From contig JALTLO010000105.1 of the NCBI GenBank assembly GCA_027001995.1, positions 1 to 53,564 on the forward strand: a DNA stretch of 53,564 nucleotides. Direction: 5' to 3'. The notes beneath the pieces are model-generated. The model worked only from the letters and a program-made list of their open reading frames with translations, was not told where the DNA came from and made no database searches. This stretch comes from Planctomycetota bacterium (GTDB lineage Bacteria > Planctomycetota > GCA-002687715 > DRQF01). The position numbers and the translations under genes are program-made. This document shows positions 9,599 to 19,826 of this stretch, piece after piece. How positions within the stretch are numbered: the first letter of the stretch is position 1; every line of letters starts with the position of its first letter.

Positions 9599-10669
9599 CT
9601 AAGTGCCGACGATGGCCTCAAACTGGTCGTCCCGCCCCATGGCCAGAAGTACAGGGTCATTGGATTTCTGTCTTGCCACGAATGCTGCTTTGTCACGGAT
9701 GCCTTGCCATCCTTCCAGGACAAGTGTTTGACCCACGGCACCACCCAATGTGGTCCCTGGCCCCAAGAGAATGAGAACATCAGGTGCGAATTCTCTGAGG
9801 CCAACACGTAAGGAAGTTGTGAAGTCGTAGGTCTCGGTGACTTGCTCTCCTAAAGTGTAGTCAAAGATCTCTTCAGATGTGGAGGTCAGAGGACGATGGA
9901 TGCGCCCAGCACCGTCGATTAAGCTGATCTGCGGGGCGCTCCAATGTAGATCGGCCAGTTGATCCTTGCCAAATGCTGATGCTCCTTCCATCAGACGGGT
10001 ATGAAAAGCGGCGTGTTGGGCCAATTGGAATGGATAGTCCCGTCCACCCCAGTTGATGGTGGCAATCTCTTCTCCCATAGCTGTCAATCCAGCTTTGTCT
10101 CCAGCTAAAACTAAATAGCCCCCCAAGTCGATTGATAGGGCGCATGCACCTTTGGTCTGATCAATTCGCCTCACGGTTGCCAGGAGTTCCGCCCGACGTT
10201 GAAAGTCTGGCACCCAATTTTCGTCTACCCAAGGCACAATGATCTGACCACCAACAAGTTTCCCCTGTTGGCTCTTGGACATGGTATCTACCAAGCGCAA
10301 GGCGTTGTCAAAGTCGAATGCCCCAGAGGCAAAAAGGGAGGTGTACCATCCCATGGAATTGCCGCAGACGGCGACGGGCTCAAAGCGGTCTTGGGGGATG
10401 GCCGAAAAATCAGCGGCTGAACAGGTGAAGATCAAGGGACCAGCATTGGGGCCTGACATGTGTTTGACTGCAGAGAAGCGTGTGGCCGCATCCAGTTCAG
10501 AAACTGGAATGCTGTCTTGCTGGCGTCGGAAACGATCCGCATCCTGAACCATTTTGTCCGCTTTGGGGCAACGGGCATCAGTGACTCGCTTGTTGAGGTA
10601 GCCTAATTCGTCAGCCGTATATGTGCCTCGTCCAGGACAGACGATGAGAGCGCGTTTTGGGTTCGTCAT
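9599..10669 (-). CDS. FabD-like acyltransferase (ACP S-malonyltransferase fold, divergent motifs)
   Basis: CPGRGTY (cf. FPGQGSQ), GNSMG nucleophile motif (cf. GHSLG), AAFHT, LGPGTTL. Confidence 0.85.
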   Translation of the reverse strand: MTNPKRALIVCPGRGTYTADELGYLNKRVTDARCPKADKMVQDADRFRRQQDSIPVSELDAATRFSAVKHMSGPNAGPLIFTCSAADFSAIPQDRFEPVAVCGNSMGWYTSLFASGAFDFDNALRLVDTMSKSQQGKLVGGQIIVPWVDENWVPDFQRRAELLATVRRIDQTKGACALSIDLGGYLVLAGDKAGLTAMGEEIATINWGGRDYPFQLAQHAAFHTRLMEGASAFGKDQLADLHWSAPQISLIDGAGRIHRPLTSTSEEIFDYTLGEQVTETYDFTTSLRVGLREFAPDVLILLGPGTTLGGAVGQTLVLEGWQGIRDKAAFVARQKSNDPVLLAMGRDDQFEAIVGT

Positions 10670-10671
10670 GA

Positions 10672-12924
10672 TTATTTCCTCTCCAAGGCCTGGCGAATGC
10701 CGTCACGGATGTCTTCTTCGGAAACCATCACCATGTGGGCTGCCCCAGCCAAAGGTATATAGGAGTCTGCTCCGGTAACCCGTCTGACTCTGGCCTTGGG
10801 GGCGGTTTCTGCGATGCAAGTGACAATCTGCTCACTGATGCTACAGGTCTCTCGGCCTTCATCTACAACCAGGACGTTCGGGCAGTTTTTGGCGGCTTCG
10901 GTGATGGCGTCTCGATTGAGGGGCATGAGCCAACGTAAGTCAATCACACGACAGGATACGCCTTCAGCTCGGACTGCCCGCAATGACATGCGGACACCAT
11001 TGCCGTAGGTGATGATGACCAAGTCTTCCTGGGGGTTTGGGGGGGCATAGGTACGTACTGCCCCAAAGGGTGTGTGTTCAGAAACATCTGGATAGGAGAA
11101 TGACCACCCTTCATCTCCCTCTTCGTAAAGATCTTTGGTCATGTAAAGAGCGATGGGTTCCATGAACACGACCACTCGACCACTCGACTTGGAAAGGGCA
11201 AAACAGGTCCGCAACATGCCAACGGCGTCGTCACCTCTGGTGGGGCAAGCCAATACTAAGGCGGGGATATCTCGCAGAAAACCGAATCCATTGTCGTTGT
11301 GAAAATGACCTCCGAAACCACGCTGATAACCTAAACCTGCCACGCGTATGACCATGGGATTGCGGTAGGTGTCATTGGAGAAGAATTGTAAGGAACAGGC
11401 CTCGCCACGAATCTGATCTACTGCGTGAACGAGGTAGGCCAAATACTGGATTTCGGGGCAGGGTAAGTAGCCGATCTGTGCCGCACCAATGGCCAAACCA
11501 AGAATGGTCTGTTCGTCCAAGAGGGTGTTGAAGACTCGGCCAACGCCGAACTTGTCGACGAGACCATGAGTCACGTGATAGACGCCGCCTTTCTTGCTGA
11601 CGTCTTCTCCGAAGATCATCATTTCAGGATACTTGGCCATGAGGTCGTAGAGGGCCCAATTCAGCAGCATGGCCATGTGGCGTTTTCTCGGACGATTGTC
11701 TGGCAGTTTTGCCTCCCCGCCAAAGACTTCAGCCCGTCGCCCTGGGGCAACGATCCGGCTGACCTCGGCTTTGAAGGATTCTTCGTCGAAAGGTATGAGT
11801 GTTTTGACGACCTCTTTTGCATCTTTGATTTTTGCTCGAGAACTTGCTTCCTTCGAGGCTGATTGCACCCGAGCTTCTAACTCATGGTGGAGGCTCAAGA
11901 GGTCTTCGCCACTGCAGAAACCCTGCCAGACCAACCAGTTGGCCACACGGATAAGTGGGTCTTTGGCTTCGACGCCTTCAATCTCGGATTTAGAGCGGTA
12001 GTTTTGTTCGACGTCGCTACCGGCGTGACCCATGAGACGGATGGTCTTCAAGTGGAGCATGGCCGGTGCTCGATTTTTCCGAACGTATTCTGCGGCGCGG
12101 CAAGCGGTGTCATAGGCTGCTGCGATGTCACCACCGTCAGCGGGGAAATATCCCAAGCCGCTTCGGTTTTGGTATTGGCTGGAAATCCAGTTCTCTGGGG
12201 TGCGAACACTGATACCGATGCTGTTGTCTTCGCAGACCAACAAAAGGGGGAGAGGCATCTTTTGGTGGGAAGCCCACAATGCAGCATTGATGGCTCCCAC
12301 GGTGGTGGAGTGATTGAGGCTGGCGTCGCCAAAACTTGCCATGATCACACTGTCCAAAGGGATCTCGGGATCATGGGGCATCTCTTCTACACGATCAATG
12401 GCCGCCCAACGCCCCAGAGCAAAAGCAGCACCAAGAGCTTTCGGAATGTGAGAGCCGATTGTGCTGGTTTGAGGTGGGACATTTAATTTCTTCGAGCCCC
12501 ACACTTTATGGCGGCCACCACTGGCCGGATCTTCGCTGCTCGCAGACAGGGACAAAAGTGTGTCGAAGATAGGCGTGCTTCCGGGCACCTGCTTAGCCCT
12601 TTGCATCATGAAAGCACCACTGCGATAGTGGAGAAAACACATGTCCGTTGGGCGAAGTGCCGCAGCCACGCAGGCGTTTCCTTCGTGGCCAGCGGAACCG
12701 ATGGTATAGAAACCGGCCTCTCGGGCCTTGAGAGCTCGTGCTTCCAAGTCGATAAGGCGACTGGCCAATTGAGATTCGAAAATCTCTAAAGCGTGGGCGG
12801 GGCTGAGTGTGCCCTTGGAGCTAATCCCAGACGCTGTTCCCGGATTGACCGGCCCATCGCTGGCGATTTTCTTCAGAGCAGAAATGAACTTTTCGGCAAC
12901 TAACTGGTGGCGACTGACGGCCAT
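10672..12924 (-). CDS. ThDP-dependent 2-oxoacid dehydrogenase E1, fused alpha+beta subunits
   Basis: YTIGSAGHEG, HYRS, GDAS...EDN ThDP motif, RLMGHAGSD; beta part FGEDV..KGGVY, RVFNTLLDEQ, EIQYLAY, GGHFH, VIDLRWL. Start at ATG 12924 with GAGGAG RBS. Confidence 0.92.
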   Translation of the reverse strand: MAVSRHQLVAEKFISALKKIASDGPVNPGTASGISSKGTLSPAHALEIFESQLASRLIDLEARALKAREAGFYTIGSAGHEGNACVAAALRPTDMCFLHYRSGAFMMQRAKQVPGSTPIFDTLLSLSASSEDPASGGRHKVWGSKKLNVPPQTSTIGSHIPKALGAAFALGRWAAIDRVEEMPHDPEIPLDSVIMASFGDASLNHSTTVGAINAALWASHQKMPLPLLLVCEDNSIGISVRTPENWISSQYQNRSGLGYFPADGGDIAAAYDTACRAAEYVRKNRAPAMLHLKTIRLMGHAGSDVEQNYRSKSEIEGVEAKDPLIRVANWLVWQGFCSGEDLLSLHHELEARVQSASKEASSRAKIKDAKEVVKTLIPFDEESFKAEVSRIVAPGRRAEVFGGEAKLPDNRPRKRHMAMLLNWALYDLMAKYPEMMIFGEDVSKKGGVYHVTHGLVDKFGVGRVFNTLLDEQTILGLAIGAAQIGYLPCPEIQYLAYLVHAVDQIRGEACSLQFFSNDTYRNPMVIRVAGLGYQRGFGGHFHNDNGFGFLRDIPALVLACPTRGDDAVGMLRTCFALSKSSGRVVVFMEPIALYMTKDLYEEGDEGWSFSYPDVSEHTPFGAVRTYAPPNPQEDLVIITYGNGVRMSLRAVRAEGVSCRVIDLRWLMPLNRDAITEAAKNCPNVLVVDEGRETCSISEQIVTCIAETAPKARVRRVTGADSYIPLAGAAHMVMVSEEDIRDGIRQALERK

Positions 12925-13058
12925 TGGGGGAGCTCCTCTTTGGGTTCGGCGTACATTAACGCAATGCTGCGTGTATTCCGAATACTTGCTCCGCATTATT
13001 CATCGCGCCACAAAGGCGTAATTCCCCACCAAGGACCACAATCTCAGGTATAGGTCGG

Positions 13059-13424
13059 TTAGGCATGGGCTCCACAGGCATGGGTGACCATAGGGCGTAT
13101 CTCGATTCTTCCGTAGGTGGCGGCGGGGATCTTGGCGGCGCATTGGATGGCGTCGTCCAAATCCCGACAATCCATGATGTAGAAGCCCCCTAATTGCTCT
13201 GGGGGCTGGGTCATGGACCCGATGATGGTCTCAGTTTGGCCATGGCGGATCTGGACTGTGGTGGCCATGCCAATGGGCTCTAATGTTTGCCCAGAGATGA
13301 GGATTCCCCGGCCGGTCATCTCCTTGACGAAAGCTCTCAGCGCCGCCGCATGGGAATCAAAATTCGGATCACCAAAGACGGGCTTTGCAGATTCTGAGTG
13401 GTAGATGAGCAACATATAAGGCAT
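13059..13424 (-). CDS. YciI/DGPF-family protein
   Basis: MPYMLLIY, EQLGGFYIMDCRDLDDAIQCAAKIP, GRIEIRP; the usual DGPF is replaced by IGSM. Confidence 0.85.
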   Translation of the reverse strand: MPYMLLIYHSESAKPVFGDPNFDSHAAALRAFVKEMTGRGILISGQTLEPIGMATTVQIRHGQTETIIGSMTQPPEQLGGFYIMDCRDLDDAIQCAAKIPAATYGRIEIRPMVTHACGAHA

Positions 13425-13622
13425 CGCAGTCCCCCTGTTTTGAAAGCGATGAATGACGTGCTGGTTCGTTCCCTTGAATAGGGCTATTGTGCAAAAATAT
13501 TGAACCGGGATGTTGCTAAATCTTCCAGGAATCTCGTATTTCATGGGAGAAATATGGAGTCACCTGGATTCACTCGACTAATCCGGGGAGCCTTTCAGCC
13601 TATTTTTGGAGCGAGTTGCAGG

Positions 13623-14522
13623 ATGAAGAGGGCAAAAACTTGGTTGAAACGGAGTTTGATGTCGTTTCTTGTTGTCGTTCTTGTGCTCTTGTTTCTCTTC
13701 CTGTGCAATGGCTGGGATGAATCTTGGATGAAGCCAGGAATGGGGGAGAGGCAAGACCTTCTTTTCGAAGGAGAAACCCACACGATCCGCGTCATGGCGT
13801 TCAATGTGGCCAAGTGTTTCGCCTACACGGGGATCACACAGTTTTCTTCCGTTGAAGACGTGAAAAAGCGACTCGATCGAATCGCTGAGCTCATCACCCA
13901 AGAAAAGGTAGATTTGGTTTTTTTGTCAGAGATAGTCAATGAGTGCGGCCCAAGACCGATCGACCAAGTCGCTTATCTCGCCGAACGATGTGGTGTGGGG
14001 GCTTGGGCTTCTTCGGATAACTACAGCTTCGGGATTCCCGGGTTTCGCTTACGGAGCGGGAACGCCATTTTATCCCGCTTTCCCCTCAGACCCATTGAGA
14101 CCAAACAGCTCGTTGGCAACACTTCGATTTGGAACCCCACCAATAACCGCCGTCTTTTGTTTTGCGAGGTTACCATTAATGGTGTTCCCTTACTCATAGG
14201 CTCCGTTCGCAATGACTCTTTTGATCTCAAGAACAATTTGGCCCAAGTGGAATCAATCTTAAAGTACATTCAGGGCCGTCCAGCTCTTCTTGCTGGAGAC
14301 TTTAATGCCGAACCCCACGATCCCTCGATGAAGCTCCTTCGAGAGTCTGGCTTATTCTCAGGGGCATTTGATGGTCCGCCAACCTACCCAGCCCAAGAAC
14401 CTCGGCGTCGTATTGATTTCGTTTTAGGGCCGAAAAATTGGAAATTCATTTCGGAACGAATCTTAGAGACGGACGTCTCCGATCATTTGCCTGTCTTGGC
14501 AGAATTTGGCTTACATCGGTGA
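13623..14522 (+). CDS. Endonuclease/exonuclease/phosphatase (EEP) family protein with N-terminal TM/signal
   Basis: RVMAFNV, DLVFLSE, GNAILSRFP, LAGDFN, IDFVL, SDHLPV. Confidence 0.9.
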   Translation: MKRAKTWLKRSLMSFLVVVLVLLFLFLCNGWDESWMKPGMGERQDLLFEGETHTIRVMAFNVAKCFAYTGITQFSSVEDVKKRLDRIAELITQEKVDLVFLSEIVNECGPRPIDQVAYLAERCGVGAWASSDNYSFGIPGFRLRSGNAILSRFPLRPIETKQLVGNTSIWNPTNNRRLLFCEVTINGVPLLIGSVRNDSFDLKNNLAQVESILKYIQGRPALLAGDFNAEPHDPSMKLLRESGLFSGAFDGPPTYPAQEPRRRIDFVLGPKNWKFISERILETDVSDHLPVLAEFGLHR

Positions 14523-17500
14523 GCTGACTTTGAGATGCCCCCATGATTCTCTTCGATGAGTTGACTGAGAGATCGACCCGTGGGAGTTTTTGTGGACAAG
14601 AGGTCTTGAGGAAGTCCGGTGAAGACTATGTGACCTCCGTTCTTGCCAGACCCTGGGCCCAACTCCGTCACCCGGTCGGATGCTCTGATGAGGCCCAAGG
14701 CGTGTTCTGTGCAAATGACTGCATGACCTTTTTTGCTGAGTTTCTCGAATTGTCTCAGGAGAATCTCTTGGTCATGGAGGTGGAGTCCTCGGGCGGGTTC
14801 GTCGAATAAGAAAATCGCCGGCTTTTCCCCTCTTTGTTTTGTCAGTTCTTTTCCGATCTTCAGTCTTTGACTCTCGCCACCAGAAAGGGAATCACATCGT
14901 CGTCCCAGGGTCAGATGACCCAGGCCAAGTTCAGAAAGTTGGGTGAGTGCGTTGACTATGCGCTTCGGCAACCACTCCTTTTCCTTCAGTGCATTCAAGT
15001 TCATGCTCATGACTTGGTCAATAGAAAGTCCATGAAGTAGGATTGATCGTGTTTCTTCGCCATACCTGAGACCTGAGCAATGGGGGCAGGGGGCCTTGGC
15101 ATCAGGCATGAAGTCAAGGGCTATCACTTCTTCTCCACTTCCTAAGCAGGTGGGGCATCGGCCATGTTTGGACCGAAAGGAGAAATGCGACCTTGTCATG
15201 GCGCGCTTCTTTGCACCTTCGGTACTAGCGAAGAGCTTGCGCAGGGGATCTACCATGCTCAGGTAGGTGGCGATCACGCTCATGGGGCCTGAACCACGGG
15301 GACGGCCGTCTATTTCGAAGATCTCTGTGGCATCCGCGTTGTTTCTCAGGGCACGACAACCAATGGCCCCTTTGGCACGGAGACTTTGGGCAAGAACGTC
15401 AAAGATCAGGGTTGTCTTGCCGCTTCCTGAAACACCACAAACCACATGGATTTCTCCGAAGCAAACTTCAAAATCCAGGTCCTGTAAATTGTGCAAATGG
15501 GCCCCTTCGATTATAGGACCAGGAGTTGTCTCTAAGTTCGAGTATGACCGTTGCAAATGATGACCTTCTCTCAGATATTTTCCTGTGAGAGAATTGACGT
15601 TTCTTGCAACTTCCGTGGGAGAACCGCTGGCCACGACTTGCCCACCCTGCTCGCCTGATTGGGGGCCCATGTCGATTATTTGGTCTGCTTGTTGCAGAAG
15701 CGTCAGGTCGTGGTCGACGAAGACCACCGTATTATCCCCGTCAGCAAGCTCCCGCATCACTTGTCCTAAGGCAACTTTGTCTTGAGCATGGAGCCCCAGC
15801 CCGGGCTCATCGAGGACATAGCAGACATCTCTTAGGCCGGATGTGAGTTGCTTGGCAATCTCAAGACGTCGTGATTCTCCCGTGGACAGACTCCTCTTAC
15901 TTCGACTCAAGGTCAGGTGACCAAGTCCCAATCGAAGCAGTTTTTGCAGTTTCGGTATGAGCTCGAGGAAAATCTTGCCCGTGACTGCCAGTTCTTTTTC
16001 GCTGCTTTCACGAGACTTGGATTGCAGGAAGGCGTCGGCGTTCTGCATCAAGTCATGGAGGGCTGTGATTTCCAAAGCACAAAGCTGAGGCAATCGCCAG
16101 TCGCCAACAAAAACCCGACGTGCTCTTTTTGACAGCCGTTCCCCTTGGCAGCCTTCACAGGGTATTGGCGACAGGAGTTGCCCAAAGATAGGCCCGGCGA
16201 CTCGCTCTTTCTTCTTTTCGAACTCTTGCTCAACCAAGAAAGCTATTCCTGGCCATGGGGAGTGAAAAGTGTGAGATGATTCCCCTCGGATTCTCGCTGT
16301 CTCCCAAGTCACTGAGAATTCTTCCGAGCCGCAACCATCCACTAAGCGTGCGATGGCCCTTCGGGGTAGATCTTTCCATGGTAGGGAGAGGTTGATGTCA
16401 TAATGGGAAGCCATCGCTTCAATGACCGCATGATGACGGCCAATGGCTTCGAAAATACTCTTGCCTCCCTGGGTTTGGCACAGGGCCCCGTCCTCAATAG
16501 AGATAGCGGTGTCGGGAATTAGTTTTTGCAGGTCACACCGAGACTCCTCACCGGAACCTCCGCAGCGGTCACAGGACCCTAAGACATGATTGAAGGAAAA
16601 ATGACTCGCTCGATCCAAAACGACGTCAGAAGAATCAGGGTCTTCAAGTCTTCCAATCCGGGCGAAAAGGAGACGCAGTCCTTGGTCTATATCTCCATAT
16701 GTGCCTACAGTTGAAGTAAGGGGGGCATTGTTGTCTTTCGAGCGCACGACGATTGTCGGCCGAACTCCCTGGCAGTTTGTGAGGATTGCTTTTCTGTGGG
16801 CGCGGATCTCCCGGCGTAAGTAGGGGGAGAAGCTCTCGGCGAAGCGACCTTGCCCCAAGGATGCTAAAGTGTCGAACGCTAAGGAGGTTTTGCCACTGCC
16901 AGAGACTCCGCTAATGCCGGTGAGCGTGCTTGGTTGGAAGGTGACATGGACCGATTTTAAATTGTTGGTCTCGACCCCCTCCAAGATCGTGGGCCGAGGT
17001 TTTGCCGTTCTTTTTCTTGATTGCCGTTTTGGCCCATTTGAGGTTGACACAAGGACGCTTTTGGTTGGAGATTCTGAAACATCCTGAATGCTAGTGGGAA
17101 TGCCAGCATAGACCAGTTGGCCACCCATCGGTCCAGCCCCTGGGCCCAGTTCTACCAGCCAGTCTGCTTGCTTCATGACCTCGATGTCGTGGTCAGCCAC
17201 GATCACCGTAGTTCCTCGGGCCGTCAAATTGAGCATGGCATCACAGAATGTCTTGACGTCTTGGGGGTGAAGTCCGTTGGTGGGTTCATCCAAGATGATA
17301 ACTGTTTCTGGGCCACTGCTTTTGTCCAAGACTCGAGCCAGCTTAAGCCTTTGAGCTTCTCCTCCTGAAAGAGTTGTTGCAGGCTGTCCCAGTGTCAGAT
17401 AACCAAGACCCAGGTCTTGCATCGCTTGGAGAGTCGACTTGATCTTCTGGTCAGCAAAAACAAATTGGGCTTCATCGATGGTGAAATCCAGAACCGCCTT

Positions 17501-19525
17501 GATGGAATGGCCCTTGTAAGTGACAGACAATGTCTCTTCATTGAAGCGCTGGCCCCCACAAGCCGAGCAAGTGACTTGTACCAGTGGCATGTGCATCAAG
17601 CCGATGCTCTCCACCCCTGCACCTTCGCAAGTTTCACAACGCCCTCCGGCTTTGTTGAACGAGAACCGCCCTTTGTCGAAACCCAGGGCTCTCGCTTCTT
17701 CGGTGTTGGCGAAATGGGCGCGGATTCTGTCGAATGCACCGGACCAAGTTGCGGGATTCGAACGGGGGCTGCGTCCAATGGGTTTTTGATCCACGAGATG
17801 GATGTGCTTGAAAGCCCGTGGGGTAATCAGGCCGCCTTTGGTTTTCGGATTGCCATGTCCAAGAGCATCTTTCAAAAGTGGTGCAAGAGTGCCTGAAAGC
17901 AAGGAAGACTTGCCAGCCCCAGACACGCCGCTCACGATATTCAAAGCTCCGAGGAGGAAAGGGACGTTTTTGCATACTAAGTTGTTGGTTTGAGCTTCTC
18001 GAACCGTGAGGAAATCGTCGGCTGTTTTGGGCTCTGAGGAGTTTATGCGAAATTCCGAGTGTGACCGTGTTCGGTCTGATTCTCGCGGTACACCGGCGTA
18101 GAGGAGTTGGCCACCCTTTGTTCCTGATCCCGGCCCGATTTCAATAAGGAAGTCGGCTTGACGGCAAAAGGCCTGATCATGTTCAACAACAAAGACACTA
18201 TTGCCTTGATCGCGAAGCTCCCCTAACAATTCCGCTAGGGATGCTCGCTCTCCGTGGTGGAGACCAGCGCAGGGTTCATCGAAGACATAGTTGACACCGA
18301 CGAGGTCGATGCCCAATTGTGTAGCCAACTTCAGTCGCCTGGATTCTCCACCAGAAAGTGAACCAGATGAACGACTGAGTGCCAGGTGGCCCAAACCCAA
18401 CTTCAGGAGGAACTCGCAACGTTGCCGAATTCGTTTCAGGATGGTCTCAATTGTGTTGGACCGATGGCCAAAATCTTGTGTGGTCACGGCCTGGGCGCGT
18501 TGCAGCAATTCTTGGACTGTCATCTTATTAAAAGCGGCGATGTTTGAGCCATCAAACCTAGGGAGGCGGGCCATTTCACTCAAGCGAGTCCCTTGGCATG
18601 ACGCACAAACATGGGAGGAAACGAAGCGCAGAATATTCCCGTTGCGTTTCTTCTTGAGAGTTTCAGCGATGACTGGGATGAGACCGAGATAGAAACCACG
18701 CTCTCGGGGTTTCGCCTTGATTCCCTTCCACTTCATGCGGGATTCCAAGGCATGTTTCCCAAAAGCGACTTTTACTCGTTTCGAGCCGAAGAAAATGACG
18801 TCTTTTTGTTCGGGAGACAAATCCTGCCAAGGAATGTCGATGGAAAATCCATGAGCTTGGCAAACTTCATTCATCGATTCAGGAGTGACTTGAGAATAAA
18901 CGATATAACCTGTGGGTGTTGTTGGGACCAAAGCGCCATGGCGTAGTGACTTGTGAGGAGCGTCGACTAATTTTTTTGGGTCTACTTTTTCTTCGAACCC
19001 TAACCCGCGGCAGGATGGACAAGCCCCCGATGGTGTGTTGAAGCTAAACAAGGATCGACTCAGTGGCGGAATCTTCTGCCCGCATTGGCATTGCATTAGG
19101 GAGGTAGGGGGAATCGAGGGGGCGATTGCCTCTTGGCAAGCAGGGCATGTTTGTTTAGCAAAGCGAGCGAATAGAAGACGTAATTCGGCTCCTAATTCAC
19201 TGAGCGTGCCAACGGTAGACCTAACTCCCGAAACATAAGAGTTCTGGCTGACGGCGATGGCCGGGCGAAAACCCTGTCCGTGGCCGAAATCCGGTTGACC
19301 TAAGCGGGAAAGAAGACGACTACTTCTAAGGCTCAGGTTGGCCAGGAAGCGGCGTTCGCTTTCCTTGAAAATCGTGTCGAATGCTAAAGACGATTTTCCA
19401 GATCCAGACGGGCCGACGAAAACCACCATGCAGTCATGGGGGATGCGGACGTCGATGCCCTGTAGATTGTTTTCCTTGCAGCCACCCACTTCAAGGTAGC
19501 CTTTTTGGTGCGCGTCGCAGTTCAT
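14483..19525 (-). CDS. uvrA: Double-length (tandem) UvrA-family ABC ATPase
   Basis: Four Walker A motifs (GPSGSGKSS, GVSGAGKSS, GVSGSGKTS, GVSGSGKTT), four signatures (LSGGE x3, LSTGE), FSFN/CxxCxG zinc fingers, DEP Walker B. Start placed at ATG 19525. Confidence 0.9.
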   Translation of the reverse strand: MNCDAHQKGYLEVGGCKENNLQGIDVRIPHDCMVVFVGPSGSGKSSLAFDTIFKESERRFLANLSLRSSRLLSRLGQPDFGHGQGFRPAIAVSQNSYVSGVRSTVGTLSELGAELRLLFARFAKQTCPACQEAIAPSIPPTSLMQCQCGQKIPPLSRSLFSFNTPSGACPSCRGLGFEEKVDPKKLVDAPHKSLRHGALVPTTPTGYIVYSQVTPESMNEVCQAHGFSIDIPWQDLSPEQKDVIFFGSKRVKVAFGKHALESRMKWKGIKAKPRERGFYLGLIPVIAETLKKKRNGNILRFVSSHVCASCQGTRLSEMARLPRFDGSNIAAFNKMTVQELLQRAQAVTTQDFGHRSNTIETILKRIRQRCEFLLKLGLGHLALSRSSGSLSGGESRRLKLATQLGIDLVGVNYVFDEPCAGLHHGERASLAELLGELRDQGNSVFVVEHDQAFCRQADFLIEIGPGSGTKGGQLLYAGVPRESDRTRSHSEFRINSSEPKTADDFLTVREAQTNNLVCKNVPFLLGALNIVSGVSGAGKSSLLSGTLAPLLKDALGHGNPKTKGGLITPRAFKHIHLVDQKPIGRSPRSNPATWSGAFDRIRAHFANTEEARALGFDKGRFSFNKAGGRCETCEGAGVESIGLMHMPLVQVTCSACGGQRFNEETLSVTYKGHSIKAVLDFTIDEAQFVFADQKIKSTLQAMQDLGLGYLTLGQPATTLSGGEAQRLKLARVLDKSSGPETVIILDEPTNGLHPQDVKTFCDAMLNLTARGTTVIVADHDIEVMKQADWLVELGPGAGPMGGQLVYAGIPTSIQDVSESPTKSVLVSTSNGPKRQSRKRTAKPRPTILEGVETNNLKSVHVTFQPSTLTGISGVSGSGKTSLAFDTLASLGQGRFAESFSPYLRREIRAHRKAILTNCQGVRPTIVVRSKDNNAPLTSTVGTYGDIDQGLRLLFARIGRLEDPDSSDVVLDRASHFSFNHVLGSCDRCGGSGEESRCDLQKLIPDTAISIEDGALCQTQGGKSIFEAIGRHHAVIEAMASHYDINLSLPWKDLPRRAIARLVDGCGSEEFSVTWETARIRGESSHTFHSPWPGIAFLVEQEFEKKKERVAGPIFGQLLSPIPCEGCQGERLSKRARRVFVGDWRLPQLCALEITALHDLMQNADAFLQSKSRESSEKELAVTGKIFLELIPKLQKLLRLGLGHLTLSRSKRSLSTGESRRLEIAKQLTSGLRDVCYVLDEPGLGLHAQDKVALGQVMRELADGDNTVVFVDHDLTLLQQADQIIDMGPQSGEQGGQVVASGSPTEVARNVNSLTGKYLREGHHLQRSYSNLETTPGPIIEGAHLHNLQDLDFEVCFGEIHVVCGVSGSGKTTLIFDVLAQSLRAKGAIGCRALRNNADATEIFEIDGRPRGSGPMSVIATYLSMVDPLRKLFASTEGAKKRAMTRSHFSFRSKHGRCPTCLGSGEEVIALDFMPDAKAPCPHCSGLRYGEETRSILLHGLSIDQVMSMNLNALKEKEWLPKRIVNALTQLSELGLGHLTLGRRCDSLSGGESQRLKIGKELTKQRGEKPAIFLFDEPARGLHLHDQEILLRQFEKLSKKGHAVICTEHALGLIRASDRVTELGPGSGKNGGHIVFTGLPQDLLSTKTPTGRSLSQLIEENHGGISKSAHRCKPNSAKTGK

Positions 19526-19565
19526 GCCCCAAGAGTATCGCTTGAGGCTCTCATTGCCCACTCTA

Positions 19566-19826
19566 TTAGTTTCGGATGAGGGCATTGTGAGAAACATGAT
19601 CCGGGTTTGTCGCATCAGCGACCAGTATTTCGATTCCTCCCTTTGCTCCTTTGGGGACTTTTATGCAAATGGTGGCAGTATGGGTCACAGCATTCTGGGT
19701 GACTGTTACAGGGATACTCTGCCCGCCCACGAACGCTTTGGCGGTTAGACCGCTTCCGTAGTTCGTCGCTGTGACGCAGAACGAAGAACCAGCTTCGGCC
19801 CGGGTTGAACCAGAGAGTGAGATCAT
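19566..19826 (-). CDS. Small beta-rich (Ig-like) hypothetical protein, 86 aa
   Basis: ATGA overlap with the upstream gene; alternating beta-strand pattern, IKVPKGAKGG resembles IPT/TIG-like strands. Confidence 0.55.
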   Translation of the reverse strand: MISLSGSTRAEAGSSFCVTATNYGSGLTAKAFVGGQSIPVTVTQNAVTHTATICIKVPKGAKGGIEILVADATNPDHVSHNALIRN

